A DNA stretch of 64,000 nucleotides. It comes from Savitreella phatthalungensis. Taxonomy: Eukaryota. The stretch spans positions 310,001 to 374,000 of the forward strand of contig AP039702.1 in assembly GCA_051599415.1 (NCBI GenBank), given 5' to 3'. Both the position numbers and the translations under genes were made by a program. The notes under the pieces were generated by a model that ran no database searches, was not told where the DNA came from, and saw only the letters and a list, made by a program, of their open reading frames with translations. This document shows, in pieces, positions 22,097 to 31,852 of the stretch (position 1 is the stretch's first letter; every line of letters starts with the position of its first letter).

Positions 22097-23575
22097 ATGA
22101 CGACGATGGCCGACGATGCTGTCCAGCGACATGCAGAGGGGTTCCTGGACTTCATTAACGCCGCGCCGACGGTCTTTCACGCTGTAGACTACTACGCCTA
22201 TCGCTTGCAGTTGCACGGATTTATCCAGCTGCACGAGCGCGATCTATGGGACCGATCTCACCTCGACGCCCGTTGCAACGCTTCCACGGGCGGTCACAAT
22301 TCGAAAAGTCAGCGATTCTTCGTCACCCGCAACTCGTCAGCCATCATCGCGTTCGTCATCCCACCAAGCACCCGACACGCCGCCAAAATCACACTCATCG
22401 GCACCCATCTAGATGCCGTCACAGCCAAACTCAAACCCATCTCACGTCTCACATCCGCAGGATTCGAGTTGTGCAGAGCAGCACCGTACGGTGGAGGGAT
22501 GGGGAGGACGTGGTGGGATCGTGATCTCGGCATCGGTGGGCGTGTGGTTGTGAGGGAGGGTGATGGGAAGCGGAGATTGAGACAGGTGTTGATGAGGTCT
22601 GATGGGCCTGTTGGGAAAATCTGCACGCCGTCGTTGGCGGGAGTGGACGGTGCGGAAGATAGGCGCGATTGGGGCAAGGAGGATGAGCGTGTGCCGATCG
22701 TTGGGCTGGTAGATGGTGACAAGAAGCAAGGATCTGACCCGCAGAATGATGGTATTCCGATCAACGATATTCGCGCGAATCACTCACACAGGCTGATCGA
22801 TTTCGTGGCGAGGCACATCGGGTATCAGCCGGAAGAGGTCGTCGATTTCGAGCTAGAGTTCTACGATCATCAGCCAGCAACCCGACTCGGTCTAGATGGA
22901 GAGCTGCTTTCGGTGCCGCGGTGCGACGATAAGTTATGCTCGTACGCGGCGCTTGAGGCGCTGATCGAGTCTGCGGACGAGAAGGACGTCGGAGATGAGA
23001 TCCACATGGTAGCTTGCTTTGACGACGAGGAAGTCGGTAGCGAGTTGCGTCAGGGAGCGGCATCAAATTTCGCAGACACTGTAATCCGACGCCTCGTCGA
23101 CGTCACACGGAATCAGGAGCTTGACCGGTACGTCGATCGCTCGTCGCTCCTGGCAGCGGTTGTCGCAAACTCATTCATGATCTCTGCAGACGTCGAGCAT
23201 GCAGTCAATCCGAACTTCGAAGGAGCCTACGGGTTCAGGCCCCGGCTCAACACAGGGATTTGCCTGTGCTGCGACGCCAACGCCAACGTCACAACGGAGC
23301 TCGAAGGCAAGGTCAAGCTTGCAGAGGTAGCTCGTCGGGCAGGCGTCCAACTGCAGCTCAGCCAAATTCGTAACGGTGAGCCGTCCGGGGGCACGATCGG
23401 GCCAATGCTCTCGAGCAGCCTTGGTATGCGATCGGCAGATATGGGAATTGTTCAACTTGGAATGCACTCGATTAGAGGAACAATGGGCGCGGACGATCCT
23501 GGTCTAGGCGTCCGCTTCTTCAAGACCTTCTTCCATGAATTCACCGATATCGATGAGGAGCTCATGCTCGATTAG
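22097..23575 (+). CDS. M18 aspartyl/vacuolar aminopeptidase (Ape1/Lap4-like)
   Basis: APTVFHAV, IGTHLDA, APYGGG...WWDRDLGIGGRV, PRCDDKLCS, FDDEEVGS, SADVEHAVNPNF, GGTIGPM, MHSIR. Confidence 0.92.
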   Translation: MTTMADDAVQRHAEGFLDFINAAPTVFHAVDYYAYRLQLHGFIQLHERDLWDRSHLDARCNASTGGHNSKSQRFFVTRNSSAIIAFVIPPSTRHAAKITLIGTHLDAVTAKLKPISRLTSAGFELCRAAPYGGGMGRTWWDRDLGIGGRVVVREGDGKRRLRQVLMRSDGPVGKICTPSLAGVDGAEDRRDWGKEDERVPIVGLVDGDKKQGSDPQNDGIPINDIRANHSHRLIDFVARHIGYQPEEVVDFELEFYDHQPATRLGLDGELLSVPRCDDKLCSYAALEALIESADEKDVGDEIHMVACFDDEEVGSELRQGAASNFADTVIRRLVDVTRNQELDRYVDRSSLLAAVVANSFMISADVEHAVNPNFEGAYGFRPRLNTGICLCCDANANVTTELEGKVKLAEVARRAGVQLQLSQIRNGEPSGGTIGPMLSSSLGMRSADMGIVQLGMHSIRGTMGADDPGLGVRFFKTFFHEFTDIDEELMLD

Positions 23576-23618
23576 AGCTCAAACAGCACGTACGCGCGCG
23601 CGCTCTTTGTAGTTACGC

Positions 23619-24236
23619 TCATGTCAGAAGCTGCGGATTGTATGGCTGTGACGTCGATGGAGGCTGTCGCGAGACGGCGATCTGGTAAGGGAAGGGATTA
23701 TCCTGACCATAGGGAATCGCAGGCAGGTACTCGTCATTTCTTCTATTTGCCGTGTCTGTGATATTCCAGAGTGCGGTGTCGAGTGCACGCCGGGTAGCTT
23801 CCTTAGCCTGATCGCGCTCACCTTCGGAACGTGCAGGAGGGAGCAATCGTGCACGTACACGCCAGCTCTCCCAGCACACAGGCTCTTCCGCGCGCGTAAA
23901 TGGCCAGACGCCCTTGTTTTTGCGCATCTGGAAGAAATCGATGACGATGGTGGGCGTGGAAGGGACCGAGACCGCGTCTGCCGCCGATAACGCGGAAGCG
24001 GTGGCTAGAAGCTGCTGAGCAAATGCGTCCGCCTTGGCATCGATCAAGCTTTCAAGCTTAGCATCATCAGCACAAGACACCGTCACCTCAACAACCTCAA
24101 TCGTCCGAGCGCTCACCTGTCCAAACAGCCGATGAAACAGGATGCTGTGCAACACAGCCTTTCCTATCTCTCTAGCATACTCACCATCGATGCTGCCAAT
24201 GTCAATCGTCAAGATGGCGGCCGCAGGCGAGTCCAT
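23619..24236 (-). CDS. ATG101: Autophagy-related protein 101 (HORMA domain, DUF1649)
   Basis: KAVLHSILFHRLFG, WF-finger-like GVWPF, EEPVCWESW, YLPAIP...NPFPYQI. Confidence 0.9.
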   Translation of the reverse strand: MDSPAAAILTIDIGSIDGEYAREIGKAVLHSILFHRLFGQVSARTIEVVEVTVSCADDAKLESLIDAKADAFAQQLLATASALSAADAVSVPSTPTIVIDFFQMRKNKGVWPFTRAEEPVCWESWRVRARLLPPARSEGERDQAKEATRRALDTALWNITDTANRRNDEYLPAIPYGQDNPFPYQIAVSRQPPSTSQPYNPQLLT

Positions 24237-24541
24237 CCAGATCGCCACGATTCAGACAGAGCCGTAGCTGCGTCCGGAAGCGCTCGAAGGACAGAGAAGG
24301 ATGACGTCCTTTGAGTATATATTTGTGTATTCCGCACGCGTACATCCTACTTCACTACGCATGTGCATCCATTCAGCTTCTGATCAAATTTATGCATACA
24401 CCGTCTGAACACGGGCACGCGTAGGGAGCCAGATCAACACTGCCTTAATACACTGGAAAGGCCATATCGCAGCTCCCCAGTCGCTTTCAAGCGGACGGAC
24501 AGGGCGGTCGCTTACGCTCTTTGAAGCAAAGAGCTGTGGTA

Positions 24542-27307
24542 ATGACTGCTGTTGTGACAGGGGCTTCAAGGCCTACTGGCCCTGCGGCTACGAGCTTGAC
24601 AGCGCTGGAAGATCTGCTCGAGCAGTCAAGACAGCTAGCCCAGGGTCTTCAAGAATACCTGTACCCAGACATCCCGAACATCGACCTCACCCTCAACGAG
24701 ATCATCTCATGTTGTGAAGGAATTGAGCATGGCACTAAGCAAGGAAGAGGTGCAATCGGACCCCAGCAAGAAGAGGACTTTACAAAAGCACATTACCTAT
24801 TGGCAAGCAGCGGCCTCAACCTTGAGCATACTGCACGAGAAATTGACGCAATTGAGCTACAAGAAGCTGAGGAGCCCTTGGCTTCCGCAGATTTCGATGT
24901 CGGTGCATTTGTCCGCCAAGCACGGGAGCGTACAGTCATTGAAATGCTCGAAGAGCGTCAGCGTCAGGCGGACATCGAGTTTGCAGCATTCATGGACAAA
25001 CATATGGAACAGAGCTGGGAGGACACAAAGCGCAAGCTTCTTGATGCCTACTACGCAGATCAGGCGAATGGTTCGAAAGATGTGAGTGCAGGCACGCAGT
25101 TGCAGCCATCCTTCACGCGTTCCCTTGCACAAAAGAGAGCGCCTCCACTACCCGGATTCGAGGACGTCGAGCTTGACAGCCAATTACAAGGCAACGGCAC
25201 AATCTCGTTCGGTCAGCGTGAGCAGACATTCGCTCAGGCCGTTGCTAGCATCAACGAACACCGGTTGATGCGTGAGCCCATGTCGGTTTGCTCATTGATG
25301 GCACAGCTCGTCGGATCGCTCGGAAACGATACGCGCACTCAGCAGCTGACGGATTCTTGGAACCTCCTCGGATTCATCACTGACGAGCGCCACACCGAAC
25401 AGGGCAAGGGCAGTACTGGCAAAACGTTACTGCCTCGTCGCTATCTGCGGGAGTACATGCTCGCCACCCCAGACAAGCCCGACGTTGCATTCAACACGCG
25501 CATTGTCGATGGTGCTCGCAGATACCTCGAAAATCAGTTCTTCGGACTCGTCGAGCGCGAGATCCTGCGCAACCCGCAGGAAGCACGAATGGGTGGTGTA
25601 CCGTCGATTGAGTCGAAGGTCAGGGCGTACGCCAATATCCGGTTCAACAAGAACGGTCAGTGGACTCAACAGAACCTCGAGATCGTCAACAATACGCCGA
25701 TTTGGGTTGTGCTGTTCTACCTGTTGCGGGCCGGCTTTGTAGAGGAAGCGGCTGCTTTTACCGTCAAGAATGAGACCTACCTTGCAAAGGTGGAGAAGAA
25801 CTTTGCATCGTACATGAAGGCCTACGTCAGCAACAACCGCAGACTGCCACGTCAGCTGTCGGAGCGCATGTACACAGAATACACACAACGAATCAGGCAA
25901 TCGTCGCAGCAGGGTGGTAGTGGCGACCCGTTCAAGCATGCACTTTACAAGATTCTTGGCCGCTTCGACCTGACTCGGCGCAATCTGCCAGATGTGCTGC
26001 CTGTCATTGAGGACTGGATGTGGTTGCAGCTGGCGCTCGTGCGAGAGTCGTCGACAGATGATCCTTCTTACGAAACATTCACCCTAGCAGACCTGCAGAC
26101 GACGCTTGTCAAGTACGGTCCCCGTCACTTCAACCCACGAGACACGAACCCTCTGCTCTACTTCCAGATGATGTTGATGACAGGTCAATTCGAGCGAGCT
26201 GTCCACTACCTCACCTCATTCTCGCTTGTCGACGCCGTGCATTTCGCAGCCGTCCTAAGCTACTTCGCCTTGCTACGGATCGCAGCACAGACCACAGCGG
26301 AGGCGACAGGCCGCTTGCTGCACGATGAGGACGAAGGCGGAGTGGTGGCCTTGGACTTTGCCGGACTGATGCGGCTTTACGCTGGAGCGATCGAGAGGCA
26401 AGCTTCGACGGCAGCTGTAGACTACTTGTGTCTGATCTGTCTGAACGACGATGTGCCCAAGCTGGCAGAGTCGCAGCGTAAGGCGGCACACGAGGCCGTC
26501 AGATCACTCGTCCTCGCCACGCGCGACTTTGCCACCCTGCTGGGCGACGTTCAGCCTCAAGGTACCCGTAAACCGGGCTACATCGAGCGCCGCATGAAGC
26601 TACTCGACCTCCAGGACGAGCGAGACTACCTTTACACCATCACTCATCGCGCCGCCAGGCTGGCGGATGAGGATGGACGCGTAGCAGACGCAATTCTGTT
26701 GTTCCATCTGGCAGAGGACTATGACACTGTGGTCGGGGTGGTGAACAAGTCATTGGGCGAGGCGCTCCTCGATCCTGCGTACCTGCCGTCCGAGGGCATC
26801 GGCGGGAACCTGTCGTTGTCGTCGGCAGAGGATCCTGCACTCCTGGCAAAGAACATGATCAAGCTATACAGTAGCAACGCCAGTATCTTTTCCCGCGTCT
26901 CAGCACGGAGCAAGCAGACGTGCGACCTTCTGCTCAAGGTCATCCAGGCACGTCAGCAGCGAGCATCCAACCAATTCGAAGCGTGTCTGACAACGATCGA
27001 TTCGCTTGAGTTGATCCCGATCAAGGAGGAGTATCCTGTCGGCGGAATCAAGCGTCTAGCTTCCACCTTCCAGCAGCTCGAGTCTTCACAGGTCGCCAGC
27101 ATCGTCCCATCCCTGCTGCTCCTCGCAAGCGACTGTCTGCGCGGGCTGTACACCAACCTCAAACACGCAAACTACCAAGACTCTTCCAGGCAGGCGAAAG
27201 CTCAAGGACTTAAGAAACGAGCTCGCAACTTGGCCACCTACGCCGGCATGATCAGGCTGCACATGGACGCATCCACCTACGGAGCGCTGATCGATATCAA
27301 CTGGTAG
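24542..27307 (+). CDS. NIC96: Nucleoporin Nic96/Nup93
   Basis: TKAHYLLASSG, ARRYLENQF, ARMGGVP, PIWVVLFYLLRAG, DPFKHALYKILGR, IEDWMWLQL, GQFERAV, DAVHFA. Confidence 0.95.
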   Translation: MTAVVTGASRPTGPAATSLTALEDLLEQSRQLAQGLQEYLYPDIPNIDLTLNEIISCCEGIEHGTKQGRGAIGPQQEEDFTKAHYLLASSGLNLEHTAREIDAIELQEAEEPLASADFDVGAFVRQARERTVIEMLEERQRQADIEFAAFMDKHMEQSWEDTKRKLLDAYYADQANGSKDVSAGTQLQPSFTRSLAQKRAPPLPGFEDVELDSQLQGNGTISFGQREQTFAQAVASINEHRLMREPMSVCSLMAQLVGSLGNDTRTQQLTDSWNLLGFITDERHTEQGKGSTGKTLLPRRYLREYMLATPDKPDVAFNTRIVDGARRYLENQFFGLVEREILRNPQEARMGGVPSIESKVRAYANIRFNKNGQWTQQNLEIVNNTPIWVVLFYLLRAGFVEEAAAFTVKNETYLAKVEKNFASYMKAYVSNNRRLPRQLSERMYTEYTQRIRQSSQQGGSGDPFKHALYKILGRFDLTRRNLPDVLPVIEDWMWLQLALVRESSTDDPSYETFTLADLQTTLVKYGPRHFNPRDTNPLLYFQMMLMTGQFERAVHYLTSFSLVDAVHFAAVLSYFALLRIAAQTTAEATGRLLHDEDEGGVVALDFAGLMRLYAGAIERQASTAAVDYLCLICLNDDVPKLAESQRKAAHEAVRSLVLATRDFATLLGDVQPQGTRKPGYIERRMKLLDLQDERDYLYTITHRAARLADEDGRVADAILLFHLAEDYDTVVGVVNKSLGEALLDPAYLPSEGIGGNLSLSSAEDPALLAKNMIKLYSSNASIFSRVSARSKQTCDLLLKVIQARQQRASNQFEACLTTIDSLELIPIKEEYPVGGIKRLASTFQQLESSQVASIVPSLLLLASDCLRGLYTNLKHANYQDSSRQAKAQGLKKRARNLATYAGMIRLHMDASTYGALIDINW

Positions 27308-27857
27308 ATGGAGGAAAGCTAGAGGACTAGACAACAGAGTGTGACGGAGGCTAGCATTAGAAGATAATTCCTTCCACACGTGTGCATCATGATCGGTGAT
27401 CCATAAATTGTGGGCGTGGCAGATGGAAGGCGTGATGATCAATCAAGAAATACAGGCCAAGTTGCCACCACTCTCATTGATGGACATGTGGTTGGGTTCA
27501 TCTAGGACGGATACATAAGGACACGCATATGCGCGTACATGTAGAAGATTCTACTGGATTAAATAAGACCTAGTTGAGCTTCTTCACTGAATTTTATATC
27601 TGGACACCATTGCAAAATCAATCGAGTGCATATGTATGTGTTGTATTGAAGGAGGAAATGCTTGATTGACACTGTACGTGAATCGATGGTGTATATACAC
27701 GTGCCAATTGGATGATGAGGATGATCGACGTCATTTTTCTATATTCGATCTTCCAATTGTGCTGTGCATATCTGAATCTTCTTCTCCCGTAAAAATTCCT
27801 TGGAAGTGATTTAAGTGGAGAAGTAAAAAAGAAGAAGAAGGGCATTTTACACAGAAA

Positions 27858-27946
27858 ACAGACACAGACACAGACACAGACACAGACACAGATGCAGACA
27901 CAGATGCAGACACAGATGCAGATACAGACACACATACAAATACACA
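27858..27946. repeat. (ACAGAC/GCAGAC)n hexanucleotide microsatellite
   Basis: acagacacagacacagac...gatgcagacacagatgcagac tandem array in the Nic96-PTP intergenic region. Confidence 0.9.
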
Positions 27947-28819
27947 CCTACGTGTACATCCACAGACTCAAACACAGAGAAACAGATTTAGGTAGTATAG
28001 ATTATTAGTCAAATCAGCCGGATCAGATACTAATGACAAGCAAAGACGTAATTGCGCCTAATCTCGCATGAAATCACACATACCTACAGCCAGAATCAGA
28101 CACCTTCACTCATTCACGTACATACACACAATCACCTTCATACTCATTCACGTACACACTATACACGTACGTCCTCTTCAGCAGGTCAACTCAAGACATC
28201 GCTCAGAAAGGCTTTCGCAGTAAAACCTCTGCTGTCGGATCTACCACCGACCCATCGCGCCGAGTCTGGCGAAAGATTTGAGCGCAGGCAATACAAATCT
28301 GCCCTGCCAACACTTGCACTCAATCAGCTGCTAGTCCTCACAAAAACGGCCGCGTTCTTCTCAAAAACTCGCGATATTACCACAAAGAGAGCTCGTCACA
28401 TCGCCAAGCGCTTCCACTAGCTTAATCGTCGCCGTGTGGAGGACTTGACGCTTTCGCTCCGTCAGCTTTGAGCTTGAATCCTGGCATCCCCGGCCACAGA
28501 ACTGACGCCGACTCCGCGTGACACACAAGGCTCGCGCGAGTCGGCACAAAACTACTTTGACCTCTCGATAGATAGATCGATCTCGAGAGGCATCTCCCAT
28601 CAGAACTTTGACTTCGGCAGCCATTCTAATCACAATGCTGCATACCACTATACACGAGCCGAGCCACCGAATCCAGCGGGATTCAGCTCGACAGCAGACA
28701 GTCTAGGCTCTCCTTCACACGAGAAAAAATCCGACTATGCTGTCGCTGCTGCTGACGAGGTCGCTGGTACAACCTCACCATCTCTCGGCAATCTTTCGTC
28801 GAATCACTCGACCCGAGGA

Positions 28820-31567
28820 ATGACCTCGTCCACTGCAGCCTGGCTCAATCAACAGTCTGCGGCCAATCGGCGCCCTCAACATCCTGGCAACCCGCAGATC
28901 GTAGAAGACCCTTTCGGCAGTGCCCAGTACTCGGCAGTCTCAGCGGCCAACAGCATCACGCACAGCCAATCATCCCCAAGCTCATCTGATCGTCATCACG
29001 ATGAGACACGATGTGAGCCCATCAGCTCACCTCAACTTGCAGCAGGCTTGAAAAGCATCACTGTAAACGACAAGGGATCATCCTCGCCCATACATATACC
29101 TCACGTTTCACGCTTCAATCAGAGTCGTTCCGAAGGACAAGGTTACAACGCGCGCACCAGTGCTCTACACGCTAGCCAACCGCTGCCTCCACACATGACT
29201 TTGCACGAGCTTTTGTCACGTAACCCGGAACTGATCGGCCGATCAGCGACTCCAAGCACGGCCAGTCTCAGGTCCGCCAGCTCTTCCGTGCCAGACACCG
29301 TCGTCGAGCAAATCTCAGCGAAGGATCTGCCTGCAACCCTGAATCAGGTAGACGGTCACGTCATCATTCTCGATCTGAGACCATTTGCCTCGTTTCAAAA
29401 GTCTCGAATGGAAGGCGCAATCAACGTGTGCATTCCAGCCACGCTTCTGAAACGCCCTGCATTCACAATTGCAAAAATCATAGACTCTCTCGCCACAGAT
29501 GAAGCTCGGACAGAGCTTAAGGGCTGGCACGACGCCTCGGCCATCGTGCTCTATGATAGCGATACGCACAAGGTCGGCGATCAGTCGGCTCTTGGACTCT
29601 CGGCCAAAAAGTTCTTCACCGACTCCTGGCATGGAAAGCTCTACACAGTACGAGGTGGATACGCTGCTGTCGCTCGGGAGGCTTCCGAACTCGTCGATAG
29701 TACACCTGTATCGGACTCTGTCCAGTATCGTCAATCAAGCGGACCAGGGCTGAAGCTCGGAACAAGTGCGCCACCTGTCCTTTCTGGTGGTATGACCGAG
29801 TTCTCATGTAGACTGCCTCCTAAGCAGGCTGCCATCAACCCGTTCTTCAACAACATTCGTCAGAACCAGGATCTGATCGGAGGTGTCGGTGAACCTCTAC
29901 CGCTGCACGTTCCGACCATGCCGAAGAGCTTACGGCGACGCCTGCCTCGGTGGCTTCGTCGTGTTGCCTTCTCGCGCGATGGACCAAGGCAGATCGCCGA
30001 GAAGTTCTTCCGGATCGAGAAGGAGGAACTGCACCGGATGCAGCGTGTTCTCAATGCTGGTCCTACACCGGGCTCGAAGCACAATCTCGATGATCGCCAC
30101 AGCATTGCTGCTGGTATTGAGCGCGGCGATAAGAATCGCTACAACAACATCTGGCCATTTGAAAACGCACGAGTTCGACTGCAAGACACATCGCAAATCA
30201 CCTCCGACTACGTCAATGCTTCCTTCCTCCACAACTCGGCGTCCGATCGCTACTACATAGCCACGCAGGGCCCACTGGCAGCGACCACGCGCGACTTCTG
30301 GCAAGTCGTGTGGGAGAATGACGTCCGAGTGGTTGTCATGCTGACCAAGGTCGTTGAAGATGGTCAAGCAAAGTGTCACACCTACTGGACTGAGGACAAC
30401 CTGTCAGGCCCATTCAACATCGAGCAGGTCGCAGAGCGCACAGTTCAGTCAACATACAGATCGGGAGAAGCAGTGCCTCTGATTGTGCGCAAGTTCGTGC
30501 TGTCCAGGAAAGATCGACAGCTAGAGCCGCCGCGCGAGGTGACGCACATTCAATTCCCAGACTGGCCGGATCTTCACGTCGTGGACCCAAGATCGATCCT
30601 GGCGCTCACGCAGGAATCGCAGCTTGCAAGCCTTGTGACTGACTCGCCCGGACCGAAGCGTCGCAAGTCCTTGGCTACAGCTGCAGTGGGCTCACATCAT
30701 CACGAAGGACACGCTACTCGCCCTACGCTGACGCACTGCTCCGCCGGATGCGGAAGGACGGGCGTCTTCTGTACGGTCGACACGGTCGTCGATCTGCTTC
30801 GTCGCCAGCTCGAGCGCCGTCCTGCAGAGCACGATCACATGGACGTGTCTGAGGTTGAGCCAATTCCAGGCCACGCACTGCCCTCGCGATCGGCCACAAA
30901 TTCACCATCAAAGGTCCCTCCGTTCTCCCTGGCCTTGCCGCCAGGCCTCCTCAATGGCATCAATAAACAGCGGAACAAGCGCCAATCCGCTCAACTCGAC
31001 TCGTCCGATGGGAGTGACGACTCTCCAGGCTCACCATGGGGTCGGCCTGAATTGAACCCGCTCAAGAACGCGTTTGCGCCGATCGATCCTTCGGCAGCCC
31101 GCTGGCGACGAGGTTTCCTCACGGGCTCTTCGAGTGCAGCGTCGACGCCATCACATGAGCCATCGAGTGCGGAAGTGAACAAGACCATGCGCTCTCGAGC
31201 GCAAACAATCGCGATACCAGCATCGTCCACGCAAGCCAGCTCTTCATCTGAAGCCACCGAGAGAGCAGCGGATCGTTCCACTCAGGGCAACGCAAAAGAC
31301 GAGATGGAAGGTCTAGATGATGTTGAGGACGAGGATGACTTCTCGGAGGCAGGACTATTTGGAGAGAATGACGACGTCGACTTGATCGAGCAAACCGTCA
31401 GATCCTTCAGGGACCAAAGAATCTCGATGGTTCAAACCCTCAGACAATTCGTCCTCTGCTACGACGCCGCTCTCCTCTACGCCACTGATCTCTGCAAGGA
31501 TCTCGTCGAGTTTGACGCCCAGCGGCGTGCGAAAGAAGCTGCCGATCCATCATCATCGTCATCCTAG
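28820..31567 (+). CDS. Rhodanese + classical protein-tyrosine phosphatase (Pyp1/Ptp2/3-type MAPK phosphatase); may start upstream at CTG 28481
   Basis: ILDLRP...GAINVCIPATLLKRP (rhodanese/KIM), ERGDKNRYNNIWPF, YVNAS, YIATQGPL, WPD, HCSAGCGRTG, QRISMVQTLRQF. Confidence 0.93.
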   Translation: MTSSTAAWLNQQSAANRRPQHPGNPQIVEDPFGSAQYSAVSAANSITHSQSSPSSSDRHHDETRCEPISSPQLAAGLKSITVNDKGSSSPIHIPHVSRFNQSRSEGQGYNARTSALHASQPLPPHMTLHELLSRNPELIGRSATPSTASLRSASSSVPDTVVEQISAKDLPATLNQVDGHVIILDLRPFASFQKSRMEGAINVCIPATLLKRPAFTIAKIIDSLATDEARTELKGWHDASAIVLYDSDTHKVGDQSALGLSAKKFFTDSWHGKLYTVRGGYAAVAREASELVDSTPVSDSVQYRQSSGPGLKLGTSAPPVLSGGMTEFSCRLPPKQAAINPFFNNIRQNQDLIGGVGEPLPLHVPTMPKSLRRRLPRWLRRVAFSRDGPRQIAEKFFRIEKEELHRMQRVLNAGPTPGSKHNLDDRHSIAAGIERGDKNRYNNIWPFENARVRLQDTSQITSDYVNASFLHNSASDRYYIATQGPLAATTRDFWQVVWENDVRVVVMLTKVVEDGQAKCHTYWTEDNLSGPFNIEQVAERTVQSTYRSGEAVPLIVRKFVLSRKDRQLEPPREVTHIQFPDWPDLHVVDPRSILALTQESQLASLVTDSPGPKRRKSLATAAVGSHHHEGHATRPTLTHCSAGCGRTGVFCTVDTVVDLLRRQLERRPAEHDHMDVSEVEPIPGHALPSRSATNSPSKVPPFSLALPPGLLNGINKQRNKRQSAQLDSSDGSDDSPGSPWGRPELNPLKNAFAPIDPSAARWRRGFLTGSSSAASTPSHEPSSAEVNKTMRSRAQTIAIPASSTQASSSSEATERAADRSTQGNAKDEMEGLDDVEDEDDFSEAGLFGENDDVDLIEQTVRSFRDQRISMVQTLRQFVLCYDAALLYATDLCKDLVEFDAQRRAKEAADPSSSSS

Positions 31568-31852
31568 GGCCAAACCCACACACACGCACACAACGACACA
31601 TTATCCTACATCAAACGAACGTACATACATTTATCAAACACACCAACGGTTACAGCGGGAGCATTTAACATCATTTTTTCCTTTTCACGTATCAATCACA
31701 TACACGAGAGCACAGCACAGCACAGCACAGGGACCATAAGGCAGCAATGAAATCAATGAAGTAAGTCTAGGAAGCACCTTGGTATTTGTCTGATGTGATG
31801 TGATAGCTAGTTATGGATGCTAGATACAGTATCTAGGGCTGCGACCTAACAA

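Noticed and set aside
22097..24236. Ape1-like cargo gene adjacent to ATG101 as an autophagy cluster
   Set aside because: A single convergent adjacency with no shared promoter; chance is sufficient without synteny data.
27618..27947. Cys/Val-rich and Ser/Val-rich ORFs
   Set aside because: Translation artefacts of the hexanucleotide microsatellite.
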